This document shows, one piece after another, positions 52,183 to 64,000 of a stretch of DNA of 64,000 bases (its first letter is position 1; each line of letters starts with the position of its first letter). The DNA comes from Balanoglossus misakiensis. Lineage: Eukaryota > Animalia > Hemichordata. The stretch is from the NCBI GenBank assembly GCA_040954595.2, contig CM082578.2, positions 13,422,304 through 13,486,303 on the forward strand. Direction: 5' to 3'. Position numbers and translations under genes: made by a program. The notes beneath the pieces are model-generated. The model had not been told where the DNA came from, ran no database searches, and was given only the letters and a program-made list of their open reading frames with translations.

Positions 52183-55100
52183 TTAACTCAATTCGTAGTG
52201 CTCTTGTATATGTTCAGTGCTACTGATGCCTTCTTCAATCAATGAATGCAGGATGGGTTGATAGACTTCCTTGGCAAGAGGTACCACCATTCCCTTCTGG
52301 TCAATTTCACCTGAAAGAGGATGAGAGTAGGCTCTGTGTTAAATACAAAACAAAAACCCTGTTCTCAGAGTGAACTCTTCAATTGGGAAAAAATATTCGT
52401 ATGTTGGGTTTGTTAAGTTGTTTTTGATTAGAAATAACGGTTTCAGGGAAACTGTGCAGATAGCATGCATAGCCACTTTGACTATCAGGTCTAGTTTTAT
52501 GTTGCAATTTTACCACCAACACTCAACAACCACAATTACAATTGTGACAAGCGATACTTACCATCTAAGACCATCCTGGCTGCTATAGCACATGGCAGAC
52601 CAACAGTTTTAGCCATGGCTGAGAAGCCATCTGGATCTCCATAGACAACCATGTCAATATGATGTGTGTACCTCTCATCATTGGGCCGTACAATGCCAAC
52701 ATCGTGCCTGAGAATGATCATGTCTCTTTCACCAGAACCTGCAATGAATGTTATGGATTATATCTTCGTACTATGTGTACACTATTTTCACAGGTTTAAA
52801 TACATTCTAGCTAGGTTTAAAATGCTGTTATGTCATTGAATTCCTGTACAAGAAGACGTAGTATTTGATAATTCCCAATCCATAAACCTGACACACAGAC
52901 GGGCAGGCAGGAAATAGATAGAAAGTTCCCACTGCTATAAAGTCACATGAAAAATGGCAGCTCATAATTTCATGAAAAGCGTTAAATTGTGCAGAAATCT
53001 TACCATAGGAAAGTTGACTGTCTAAATAGTAAGACAGTGTATCTAGTGGAGTCTTCCTTTTCAGAACAGCTTCATTTGAGAGTAGACCCAGACTGCAGAA
53101 GAAAATGTTAGGTTACATCTGATTAATGCATACAAGTGCCACTTCCCTCACTCTCATGTAGACAACTGGCATTTTGCATCTAAGCATTTCCACTCCACAC
53201 ATTATAACCGACTAAATGCTCAGTTGTAACAATAATGAAACCATACCTGACAATGCCATTTAAAATTTTCTGATCACCGCCAACTCTGTTCAGAATGAGA
53301 CCCATCAAAGAATCAATACCAATATTCTTGTCCTGCTCCAACAATTCACACAGCAATTCTCTCTGTCAATAATGAAAACAAAAAAATAATCCCAATGGTA
53401 CTGCTGCCTTTTGAGTGGAAGCTATACATTCAAGCATGATAGTTCATGATAAACTATATCTCACCCAAGTAATCATGGCCGCAGTTGGTTGTAATGCCCT
53501 GTGTTCAGTATCATCGATCAAACCCAGCAAATGCAGTCCCTTTGCCATGTTGCAATAACCCTGTAAACAAACAAACACATGATACATTTTGAGAAAATAA
53601 AACCCTTACACATAATACGTCAGGGTACGGACGAAGTACAACAGAGAGAGAGACACTGTCCCAAATTAACCACAAAATATGTCATGACAACAATAAGTTA
53701 ACATTACTACTAGGAGACTAAGTCTCACCTTGTATCTTAAAGTTCCCCTCACTATGGTATTCGCTGACAGGATACCATACTGTTCTTTGTAGACTGTAGA
53801 ATCTCTATTCGGAAAACCTTCCAGGTTGAAGCCAGGCATGAAATCCATTTCTTGAGCATGGTCTAGGAGTGCACCCCCCGGAGGTATCTGGACCACATGA
53901 CCATCTTTCAAGTACTTGGCTGCCCCCAACACATTCAGCAGAACACCACGGGGACTCCAACTGTTATCAAAATATAATCAAAGTGTAGATGTCTCATTTG
54001 GTTTTGATACAAAACTCTTTTGAGTGCAGATTTTCAAACATTCTTCACTTGAACCTATGAGAAAAACATCATGGGCTTTAAACACAAAAATGCCAATATA
54101 AAGGGCATTATGAGCAGATCAAACACCTTGTGAGGTATTTGATCTCTTCACTTTTCGTGGCATCTTTCTCACCTGAATTTGTATCTAAGTGGATTGTCTG
54201 AACATTCTGGTGCAGGTAATCCCCCACAGTAAGAATTGAATGATACTACCTGTAGACAATAGGAAATAAATTGATTGATTGATTGATTGATCAGTTAGTT
54301 GATCAATTATTTATGTAATTAATTAACAAAATATACGAAATACAAACACAGATTACACCTTTTTAAATATTGCACATTAATAACCGCATATGAGCTGAAT
54401 AATATCTCCAGCAAGTTTCACACAACAAATGATAATTGCCGGAGTATTTATTTACTTACCGTGCAGCCTTCTGCAGCAGCATCATGGAAACACTTCATGG
54501 CCAACATGTGATCAATTCCAGGATCAACACCAACTTCATTGACAACAGTGATACCAGCATCAACAGCACTGTCAAGTAGTTAGAAGTTCAAGTTCAAGTA
54601 AGGCCAGACATCATTAAAATAAACTCACAATAAATATATAATGGGGTAAAATGTTTTAAGAAGGGATATTCACCTTTGATGAAGATCAGCCATTGCTTGG
54701 GTCACATAGCTAGCAGTAACCATGTTAGTTTTCTCTTCAATACACATCTCAAGTACAGTTGGGTGAAGTGAGTATGGTAATAAACTGAAAGGAAAAAAGT
54801 GTAACGTTTTTCTTTTGCTATACACTTTAATATGCACAGTACAGAACAAAGTTAATCAATGCTTGACACATATTTATAAAATCATTTTAAAGTACATGTA
54901 AATACACTATTTAAACTTCTACAATTTACATCAAAAACAAGTTTAGATCCTTCAAAGTCGATAATCAGTCTTGTCATAGCAACATGTCTCTCACTCAGCA
55001 AAGTTTTATTCATGACCAAGTTCAACTTACCTGATGACCAGGTCATGATCTTTGACCAATTTGTGGAGGAATCCTCTGTGCTTCTGTACATCCACATCAT

Positions 55101-58100
55101 GAGCGATGGCATTCTGATACTTGTCAGCCAATTTCTCAGCTTCAGACCTGATTGCAGAGCCTGTCAATTGAATAGCAAAGATCAGCTAAACTGACTTAGC
55201 AGAAGTAATATAGTTAACCTCAAAATGATAAAATAATACAAACATATAAACATACTCACACAAGAGAAGGGATCTAAACATACAAAAATAAAGAAATCAC
55301 AAAATTTAATTTGTAATCTCAGTCACTGCCCTATTGAAATGCTTTTAAAACCTACCTATTGTCACAGAGACATTTCTGTCTCTTGTCAGATATTCAACCA
55401 ATGGGGAAGACACATATCCTGCTCCAAGAACCAAGACTTTCTTCCAGGCGGAGATGGTTGGCACTTTGAATGCACGTCGGCCTCTGTGGGTTCAACACAT
55501 AATATTGAATAATATGATCTCTGGTATAAGACATACATGTACATCACTGATCCGTAACGCATAACACGTACAAGAAACTTTCTTTGTCTCCTCAGAAAAA
55601 GTTACTCACTGCTCTTGTTTTCTCCTCAAGTCTTCGATGTATTTATATTTTGTAGTCAGTTCTGAATTTGAACAAATGATAGCCTAGTAAGAGATCAAAT
55701 AAAAATACATTTTGTTACTGTGCGCCAGCAGTCAAATGTGAGCATTAATTAAAAGAGACACTTATTTATTTAGAATAAGATTGATAACCAGATGTTAAAC
55801 TTACATCTCTGACAATAGGGGAAAGATGGGCTTCTCGCTCCAAGGGACCATTTGCATCCATTAGAGCCTTTAACATGAAGAGAAGTTAAAAACCATGATA
55901 TCATAAATTTGCAATGAAATATGTATGCTGGCAAGAATACAGTAGATGTTGATTTTCATCAGGTACAAACTGGACAGTTCAGGAAAAATATCCACTTACC
56001 ATTTCTTCCACATAGGGCAGAAGTAAACCTCCAAAGAAATCAGTTGCTTCCCTGGGTAACTGTGCAGGCATGTTATCAATGGAGCACACCAATACACCGT
56101 CTGCTGAAAAGCTGCCATACAATACAAGATTGGATTTAGTGAGAGACCAGCGTTACAAGCATGACTTAGTCTTAAATTAAGCAAGGGTATTTCCACTTGG
56201 CTAAATACTAGTAGTGCGATCATGACCACTAGAGTCCAGCATATACTTTACCTGTCTGATTTGAAGTGTTCATGTTTATGACTAGTGTCATACAGACAGA
56301 ATGGAGCTTCAATAGTTGTGGCATGCTCAATGAACTCCACTGAGCCACCAAGGTCAGCTGAGATGTCACATATGGCCAGCAGTCGGTGTGGTAGGCCAGG
56401 ACAGCCAGCACTTGTCTCTGTATGTGGACTGGTGTGTGAACTGAGAAGTGTTTTGGTGTCTTCATTGTTAATGAGTCGGGGATGGTTTGGTGCCCAGTAT
56501 ATGCCATTGACCATCACAGATGCCCATGGTGCATACTACAGGAATAATTTTATTAATGTTAGCATGTGACTGACCACATAGAGCAGCTTTCCATTTTCCA
56601 TGTTACAGGCCATTTTATGTTACAAATAGCAGAATCAGCCTAGTTACTAAGGGTGACCAAGGGTTCACTCATTGTTCTTCCATAGACCATGGTTCAAGAG
56701 AAATATTTGTTTAGAAAATGAGCTTGTAAACACACATGTAAATATGCCAACATGAACTTACCCTGGTGTTGAAGTTCGACGTATAAATCTCTGGATGTTC
56801 CTCAAACTCTGTGAAACAAAATCCTCCTCCATTCTTTCTGAGTAAATGGTCTTCCATATTTATAACTGTTGCATACAGTGTTTTGTGATCTGCACATGAC
56901 ATGGAATAAACTCAAGATTTTTATAATATAACTTTTCATGTAATTCGTCACAGAGATGTATCAATTGATAATTTGCATAATCACTTCCCAGGTAAGAAAC
57001 TAATGTAGTGTATTAGGATGAGTGGAATATGAGATATCTCACCTCCATATTTGGCTACGTACTCCAAATCAGCTGGCTTGACAAACTTGTGAGGCAACTC
57101 TGTAAAGATTTCTTGGGCACCCTAACAACAGAAACAACTTGGAATTTATCGGCACAAAGCACAAAATTATGTTATCTATGGAGTTTCTACAGATCTCAGA
57201 ACACACAATGTTTGACTTAAAACAAAATCGGAATCACAAATTTAAAGAAAACGAAATTAATTTTGATCAGCCTATCTGATGCTGTTGGTCATTTTGTCCT
57301 ACCTGGGAGACATTACCAGAACCCGTGAAGACAAAGGTCAAAGGTCCAATAGACTTGGGCATCCTTCCAAGAGATATTTCGTAGCCAGCATCCCGTATTG
57401 CTTGTTTGGCCATACCACTGCTACGATGGTTATGAGCTGAACCAATATGCTACAGAAACAATTTCGTCTTAAATTACTTGCAGATTACTCACATCAGATC
57501 TAACATCCCAATTTTGTTACCTGGGAATGTCAGTCTGGTTTAATTAATTACATTTACATGTAGAAATGCGCACAGTGTTTTATCTTTTCCAATTTCTCCT
57601 AGAGAACTCCATCAAATGATAAAGACCATGTACACGTACATGTACTAATACTGCAGATATGAAATTACAGAGAGAATAATTACCATGAACGGTGTATGGT
57701 GTCCCAGTGCCAGCAATCTCAAGCCAAGACCATGCAAGATATTAATCATACCAGCAATGCCTGCATATTTACCAAATGCTACAAGTCGCTTGCCAGTGCT
57801 ATCAACCATTTTTTCATAATCTACCAGACGTATGTTCTGTTGACAGAATAAGAAAAGTGAGAGTAGTTCAGCAGGGTACAATACTAAAATCCATACTGAA
57901 TGTAATACCACAAAACCCTACTGGCAGAACACAGGTTTTCATTTTTGAATCAGTGTGGGAAAAAGAGTTCAGCATTGGTACGTTTCCAGTTTTAGAAAAC
58001 AGTATCTAGAAAAGTCTTCTTGTAAGCATCTATATGTGTCATCAGACAGGTTTTGATTTCAACAGATTTCATAGTCAAATAATGACTTTTTAATAACAAG

Positions 58101-59180
58101 GAAATTCAAAACATTACCTTGTCCAACATCGCATCTAAAAGTGGCATATTTTCCTTCTGGGCTTTGATTGTATGTGAAAAGAATGCATAGCTTTTATTTG
58201 GGATGAGATTTTCCACGGGCACTTGCTTGACACCCAGGATGATGGAGGCTTCCATCAAATCTTCCTGAATAATTGCACCACAGTTTTCATAGTCCTTGCA
58301 TGGGTGAAAAAAATATGGTACACACAGGATTATGAATTAATAGATTTAAATAATTTAATTAAGTCAAACTGTTTCAGTGAGTGGACGGGGTCTATCATCA
58401 CCATCAAGGCCCAGATTCACGTAGTCACATGCTAGTACTCCAAAGATTGATATGATGATTAAAAGACCCTGACAGCTTTATTGCAATATGAATTACAGTT
58501 GGCTTGAACTTTGGAACCAACCCTTGCAAAACATATTATTATAAAACTATTTTGTTGGCGTCACACACACATGAAAGTATACTAATCTGTGAAGTAGCAG
58601 CAGCATAGCATATCACCTATGGTACAATGTACATGTAGTAGTCAAACCAGTAAACTTGGGGGGGGGAGAGCATTCCTATAGCCTTTCTATGCACATGTCA
58701 TCTACAGAATGATTTAATCTTAGTGACATTGGAATTTTTATGGTACATGTATGACCTGGTTAGCCACAAGTATTCCAAGGAATGTCGGACAGGGACACAA
58801 TTGACCTCAACGTTCCTTCCACTGACTGATGACTTCAGCATCATACCAATTACATATATCACTACTAAGCATTGTCCCCAATTTACCCCAAAGTTCAACA
58901 AATGTAATGGTCACATATTCAGATAACTGGATATTCAACCTACTGGCATTGAATAAGCCCTCCTATTTGACGGCTGCACTAGTACTTTGATTCCACTGGC
59001 CACCAGTTCACGCACATGCTTTGGCCCCAACGGAGCTCTTCTCTCCCAGGTGCTACCATCCTCTCGGCGTACACCAATGATCTTTGGCCGCTGAACCTTT
59101 TGTGAAAAACTCCTAACAGCCGCCTGTTTGGCAGCAGATGATGCTGATCTGTACAAGAGGTGGGTGTGGCTTTTCCACAT
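52183..59180 (-). CDS. AASS: Alpha-aminoadipic semialdehyde synthase (bifunctional LKR/SDH), mitochondrial, about 20 exons
   Basis: [23 protein letters not shown]; FFSHTIKAQ; [27 protein letters not shown]; [11 protein letters not shown]; VNGIYW; ICDISAD; [14 protein letters not shown]; VLGAGYVS; [11 protein letters not shown]; [10 protein letters not shown]; EGFPNRDS; [10 protein letters not shown]-terminus is transit-peptide-like. Confidence 0.96.
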
Positions 59181-60656
59181 GTTGTTAATAGGAAGAAGTA
59201 ACGCAGATGGAAAGACGTCTCACTGGAACTTATCCGGGTGGGTCTATGTCGCACAAGATTTCACAAACGAGACTTGGCTGGCTGTGTTCTCACACAGCCA
59301 TTCTCTGCTGGGAGAAAAATATGACATAAATTAAAAGGTTTTGTACTGTACTGTTATGCTATCAATAATCATTGATGCAGTTGCTGATGAAATAAGCATG
59401 GCTGATTGTAAACTGTAACAACACACTACTATACATGTACCACGCAAGGGGCAAGGCAGCTCATGATGGGATGGGTGCAGAGGACTAGAAACAGATGGAT
59501 GATAATTTTGGCTCATAGCATAGCTCTGCGAACAAAACTGAATGATTGTTTATGTGAAGTAGTACGGTATCTATTGCAATCACGGGAAGATAACATCCTC
59601 CTCCCCATTTTGAGACAGCTAACATCAGTAACAACAATGCTACATGACCTTCTGGTGACCTGTTTTGAGGTCAAGACTCCACATTTACGGGCCAGACAGT
59701 TTCTATTAGCGTGTGTTTCAGTCGAAGTAAATGCGCAATTAAACGATTCATCAATATAACGATGCAACACCAGTATCCTTACCTGTGATCTATTTATCGT
59801 CTGTCCTGCCGTACAAACCCGGTTACGATCGGCTGATCTAGTAACGATGCAGACTATCATGTGCGTGTGTGTTGCTGTAATGACCGGAAGTTGATAGCGC
59901 CACCATACGGTAAGATCAGAAAAGCTAGCTTGAAGGAGGAGTTTCTACTAACAAGTGCATGAATGGTGTATGAGGACATGCCTTATATATTATGTATTGA
60001 CTGCAAATATTTATATGCGAACAAAAGTGTGACCTAATATGTAGGCGTGCAGGATCAATTCCTCGACTACATTATGGTATCGACAACAAATATAGCGAGA
60101 CATCTACATCGGGCAGCGCATTCCCATTCTCGCCAGCTAGAGCTTTATTTCCGCTTCACTACCATTTTGGCCTAGACTCTGTGATGTTGCGGAGTAGCTT
60201 GGGAGAGAGGGTTATCCCTGTAGAAGATGCGAACGATATAATAATGAAATGAATGCTTTCATCAAAGTTTTATTTGTTTTTTGGCATGTATAGCATGTCA
60301 GGTTCAACTGCTATCAAATGAACAAATGTACACACTGTATAAGCACAAATTACAAAGTACACAAATGACAGTATTACAAAATGTGGGCAGGAATAATGTG
60401 ACACGCTTAGATACATTCTGGAAAACAAATTATTTTGCAAGTTTTGTCGTCAAAAGTCGAGGTCCTCCTAGTCTGGTTGACTGTTTTCCACATTTATCTT
60501 CTGTGACACACAACTTTAAACCTATGAATATCTGTCTTCGCAAACAAATTGGTTTTTTTTGACAGCTAAAGCAAAACTGGCGCAAAACTTCCTCTTAAGA
60601 AAAAGGTAACGTTGGTTTAACTTTCGCAAAGCTGCTTGAAACGTCAAGAGACGGAA

Positions 60657-63459
60657 TTAACAATCACTGCAGTAATAAACATACCCTGATCGATATGATA
60701 ATTCTGAAAGAAGATAATTTTTTTCAAATAACGCGCACTGTTTCCATTGGACTAGGTTGTCGCTCTCCACGCTAAAACTTTGACAACTCAGGTGGCCCAG
60801 ACACTTTTGTGCGCAGGCAATTTGTGAAGTGACGTATGTTCTCCTCAGGGGCTGACCACTTCCCGAAAAGTTATCCGCAAACAAAGAAAACATGGCGGAT
60901 CTGATTACGTCATTTCTTGTTATCCGAGGAGCAGCTGAAAATATAGGAACATTTTTGTTTAAAATCCTATCCAATTCCTGAAAATGTGTTTAATAAAACA
61001 CAGCTATGTATAAACAATTAATTATTTCAGCTAGTGGTCCCAAATTTAGTGACACAATAGAAAGAGTTTTTTTAAATAGTTTTGATCTTAGGCTAGGCCT
61101 ACTTCACCTTGACAAATTTTCAGTGAGTGGTATACGCGAAAAAAAAGAGCGCCAATATGTTGTTTAGAACACCATATACGCCATTTTTGCCATTTGTGGA
61201 CATATGTAAATTGCATGTGACCGTGTACCTTAATATAAAACTCATGTTACCTGTAGTTTGTTCGGCAGTCGTCACAGTGGTCGTTGGTGGCAGCGTGGTT
61301 GCCACGGTGGTCGTTGGTGACGCCGTGGTTGTCACGGTGGTCGTTGGTGGCAGTGTGGTTGCCACAGTGGTCGTTGGTGGCAGTGTGGTTGTCACAGTGG
61401 TCGTTGGTGGCAGTGTGGTTGCCACAGTGGTCGTTGGTGACGCCGTGGTTGTCACGGTGGTCGTTGGTGGCAGTGTGGTTGCCACAGTGGTCGTTGGTGA
61501 CGCCGTGGTTGTCACGGTGGTCGTTGGTGGCAGTGTGGTTGCCACAGTGGTCGTTGGTGACGCCGTGGTTGTCACGGTGGTCGTTGGTGGCAGTGTGGTT
61601 GCCACAGTGGTCGTTGGTGACGCCGTGGTTGTCACGGTGGTCGTTGGTGGCAGTGTGGTTGCCACAGTGGTCGTTGGTGACGCCGTGGTTGTCACAGCGG
61701 TTGTTGGTACTGTAATCACCCGAATTTAAGTGGATACGTAAATGATACGAATCGTACAATTATACAAATAAAAGTCACTGAGAATTTAACTCATCAGTTG
61801 CTAATACTGATGCCTGTTTTTAAAACATGCATTAATCTGTCAAAGAGCGAAGCAGGAAAACTAATAAAATCATAGCAGAAACTGAGAGCATTTTAATAAT
61901 ATGGGTGGGAAATGTAGTTAATAAACAAAAGAAAACTACTTTTAAAAAGCCAGAAGTTAATGCACCAAATATATGTGAATTGTGCATCATTTGGTGTTGC
62001 CTCACTGGTCACATTAGATCTTGTTGGGGAAAATGGGGACCTTTTTGGGGATAAGTTTGAAGGCAATCTGCTGAGGCAAGATTGATCAAATGAAAATAAA
62101 TGATAGTCTAAAAGTCATGGCGGATTCTGTTGCGATATCAATCCGTCTTTGCTAAACTCTATCGTCCTCCCAAGGTTTCGTTTGAGCGTGACACCAGTCT
62201 TGGTACCACCAAGGTCTGGGCCTTTGACAGATTATAAGTTCACATTGGCATTTTTGAATAAATTTCGAATAAATACGAGTAAATAAATATGAATCCTACT
62301 AACCTGGTTTTTTGCAAACGAACCCTCTTTCACTACTGCAACTTTCGTCGTAAATTGTATGAGATAAAACGGACAGACGGACGCAGTCCTCAGAATCACC
62401 ATCTGGTTCATTAGTCTTCCATGGTTTGAAACTTGCTAGGTCGCCGTCGACTGTTTTGTAGACACCCTCCGAATCTATGTCCGATAAACCCAACCATGGC
62501 CCTGGTCCACTGAAGAATGATGTACAATTATAGACATTTTTAAGTCCTAAATTGACTTTTCGTCTATACAAAACCCAGGAATTAGTCTAATAGCAAGGAC
62601 TCTTCATTATGGATTATTCATAAATAGCTGAATGTTGAACGGATTACCCAGAGATTGTTCAAATTGTGGTATAAATTTAAAATCACCCTTCTCCTTAAAT
62701 GTGGAAGGTAAATATATTAATAGTGCACGGCGTCGTTTAGAGACACCGACATTGTGGAAGAAAATTTGAGCGATGATTGGAAGATAATATTCACTAATGT
62801 TTTTCCTCTGACATTTTTAAAGTGTCTTCGTACTATCCTTAATATGTAGACAACATACTTAATTAGAAAATCTACCACAACTTCAAAATTACCTGTCATC
62901 TAGGTAAGCGTTTACCCAATCTTGAACGACGTCTAGCTCTGCCTGGTCGCTAAAATACGCCAGTTTTCCTAGTCCGTTTGAAACACAATGTGATTTCGCC
63001 CCACTCCAAGTCTTCTTTATGTCTACGGCTTCATATATGTACGAGTTGTATATCATAGGGTTCAACCCTGTAATACACGGAAAAGAAAAGAATAGTAAAA
63101 ACAGAAGCCGTGGGTCGTTGTTGATTTCAAACAACTAGGCTATTGAAAGTGTTGTATCAGGCCTATACGTTGTCATACAATGAAGTACGGCCGAGATACA
63201 TTCAAAGCTGTACTGAAAATTACCGACTGTAAAAAGTCGCTTTCTGTAATGGTCGACGATTTTAAAAATCTAGTTTTGATAATGCGCATTCAATACGGAT
63301 TTTTCCGTTAAAAGTTGATCTCATTGCGATAGTAGAGTACCCACCTGCAACAATTTCTATGTGATTAACGTGTATGTAAACGCAAGTTACAGTGAAAGAT
63401 GCGAACCATGTAAGCCACGCCATTGGTGAGCGGTGCCGATCAAGTGTTTGTAACTTCAT
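60657..63459 (-). CDS. Secreted C-type lectin domain + Thr/Pro mucin repeat + PAN/apple-like protein. Exons 63459-63345, 63067-62893, 62509-62304, 61709-61251, 60934-60657
   Basis: Hydrophobic leader. CTLD KKTWSGAKSHC..KLA..WLGLSD..EG..W..NEPD..EDCV..DESC..FVCK. Mucin repeat exon. Last exon SQIACAQKCLGHLSCQSF..CALF..YY. Exon phases are consistent and there is no TM segment. The start may be the second ATG (MAWLTW). Confidence 0.8.
61264..61700 (-). repeat. Coding tandem repeat: 60-bp unit made of two 30-bp subunits (TTTASPTTTV/ATTLPPTTTV), about 7 units
   Basis: Near-identical repeats seen directly, inside the mucin exon. Confidence 0.97.
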
Positions 63460-64000
63460 ATTATTTAGATTTAGTTAACTCACAACGAATACATATCACC
63501 TGCGCAAAAGTTCTGCGATGACACATGAATTCATACATTTCTTCGTCATTATTGCCATTGTTTAAAATGAAAGGGAAAATGTATGACAAATTTGCCTTTG
63601 CATTTATCGATATGTATTGACTCAATGTAAACCCGGGCCTTCCTCTTCACAATGTGAACGTTGCCTTAGGCGCTTGGAGACCGACCGTAAACAAACAAAT
63701 ATAATTTATGGATTTTTGTTAACCACATATCCATCTTGTCGATAAAGCTGATGAATAGCAAAACACAGTGAATGAAAAATATTTGTGCACCAATTTAAAT
63801 AACATTTTCAAATCTATCTGGAACATCAACAATAAGCCGGTTGTTTAATTACTGCTCATTTATTAGAAATAGAGCATTACCTAATTAAAATCGTCGTTGA
63901 AGTTTTCTTAAAACTGCCCAAGGTGTTTTAAAAGTACCATGAAACTTATCTTATGAATACGTGAACAAATCCCTCGATTGCACGCGTTACATTTGCCGAG

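Noticed and set aside
61264-61700. CRISPR-like array
   Set aside because: No unique spacers; it is a eukaryotic coding tandem repeat.
61127-61759. Val-rich, NDHCG-repeat and WLPQ-repeat ORFs
   Set aside because: Alternative frames of the mucin repeat; only the Thr-rich frame has phase-compatible splice sites.

Overview
This is intron-rich, AT-rich eukaryotic genomic DNA from an animal. It is most plausibly an invertebrate deuterostome such as an echinoderm or hemichordate; this is inferred from gene content and style and is not verified. I assembled 13 protein-coding genes by hand from GT-AG sites and reading-frame continuity: an intronless class A GPCR, APEX2, TMPO/LAP2, a secreted multi-peptide precursor, RENBP, APPL1, a NUBP1-like Fe-S scaffold, two tandem paralogous adaptors, LAMTOR5, KIN, AASS, and a C-type lectin/mucin/PAN-like protein. 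Three things stand out. (1) The two tandem adaptors combine a MyD88-type death domain, one or two Raf-type Ras-binding domains, tyrosine motifs and an SH2 domain, with no TIR domain. This suggests a bridge between phosphotyrosine/Ras signalling and death-domain immune signalling. (2) The 198-aa precursor has a signal peptide and six two-cysteine peptides separated by KR/KK sites, and I cannot assign it to a known family. (3) APEX2 intron 1 holds a candidate box H/ACA sno/scaRNA. The window also contains two copies of a piggyBac-like mini element, three head-to-head gene pairs, CTCF-like motifs and a strongly over-represented TACATGTA octamer. All domain calls come from motif recognition by eye; no database search was run.
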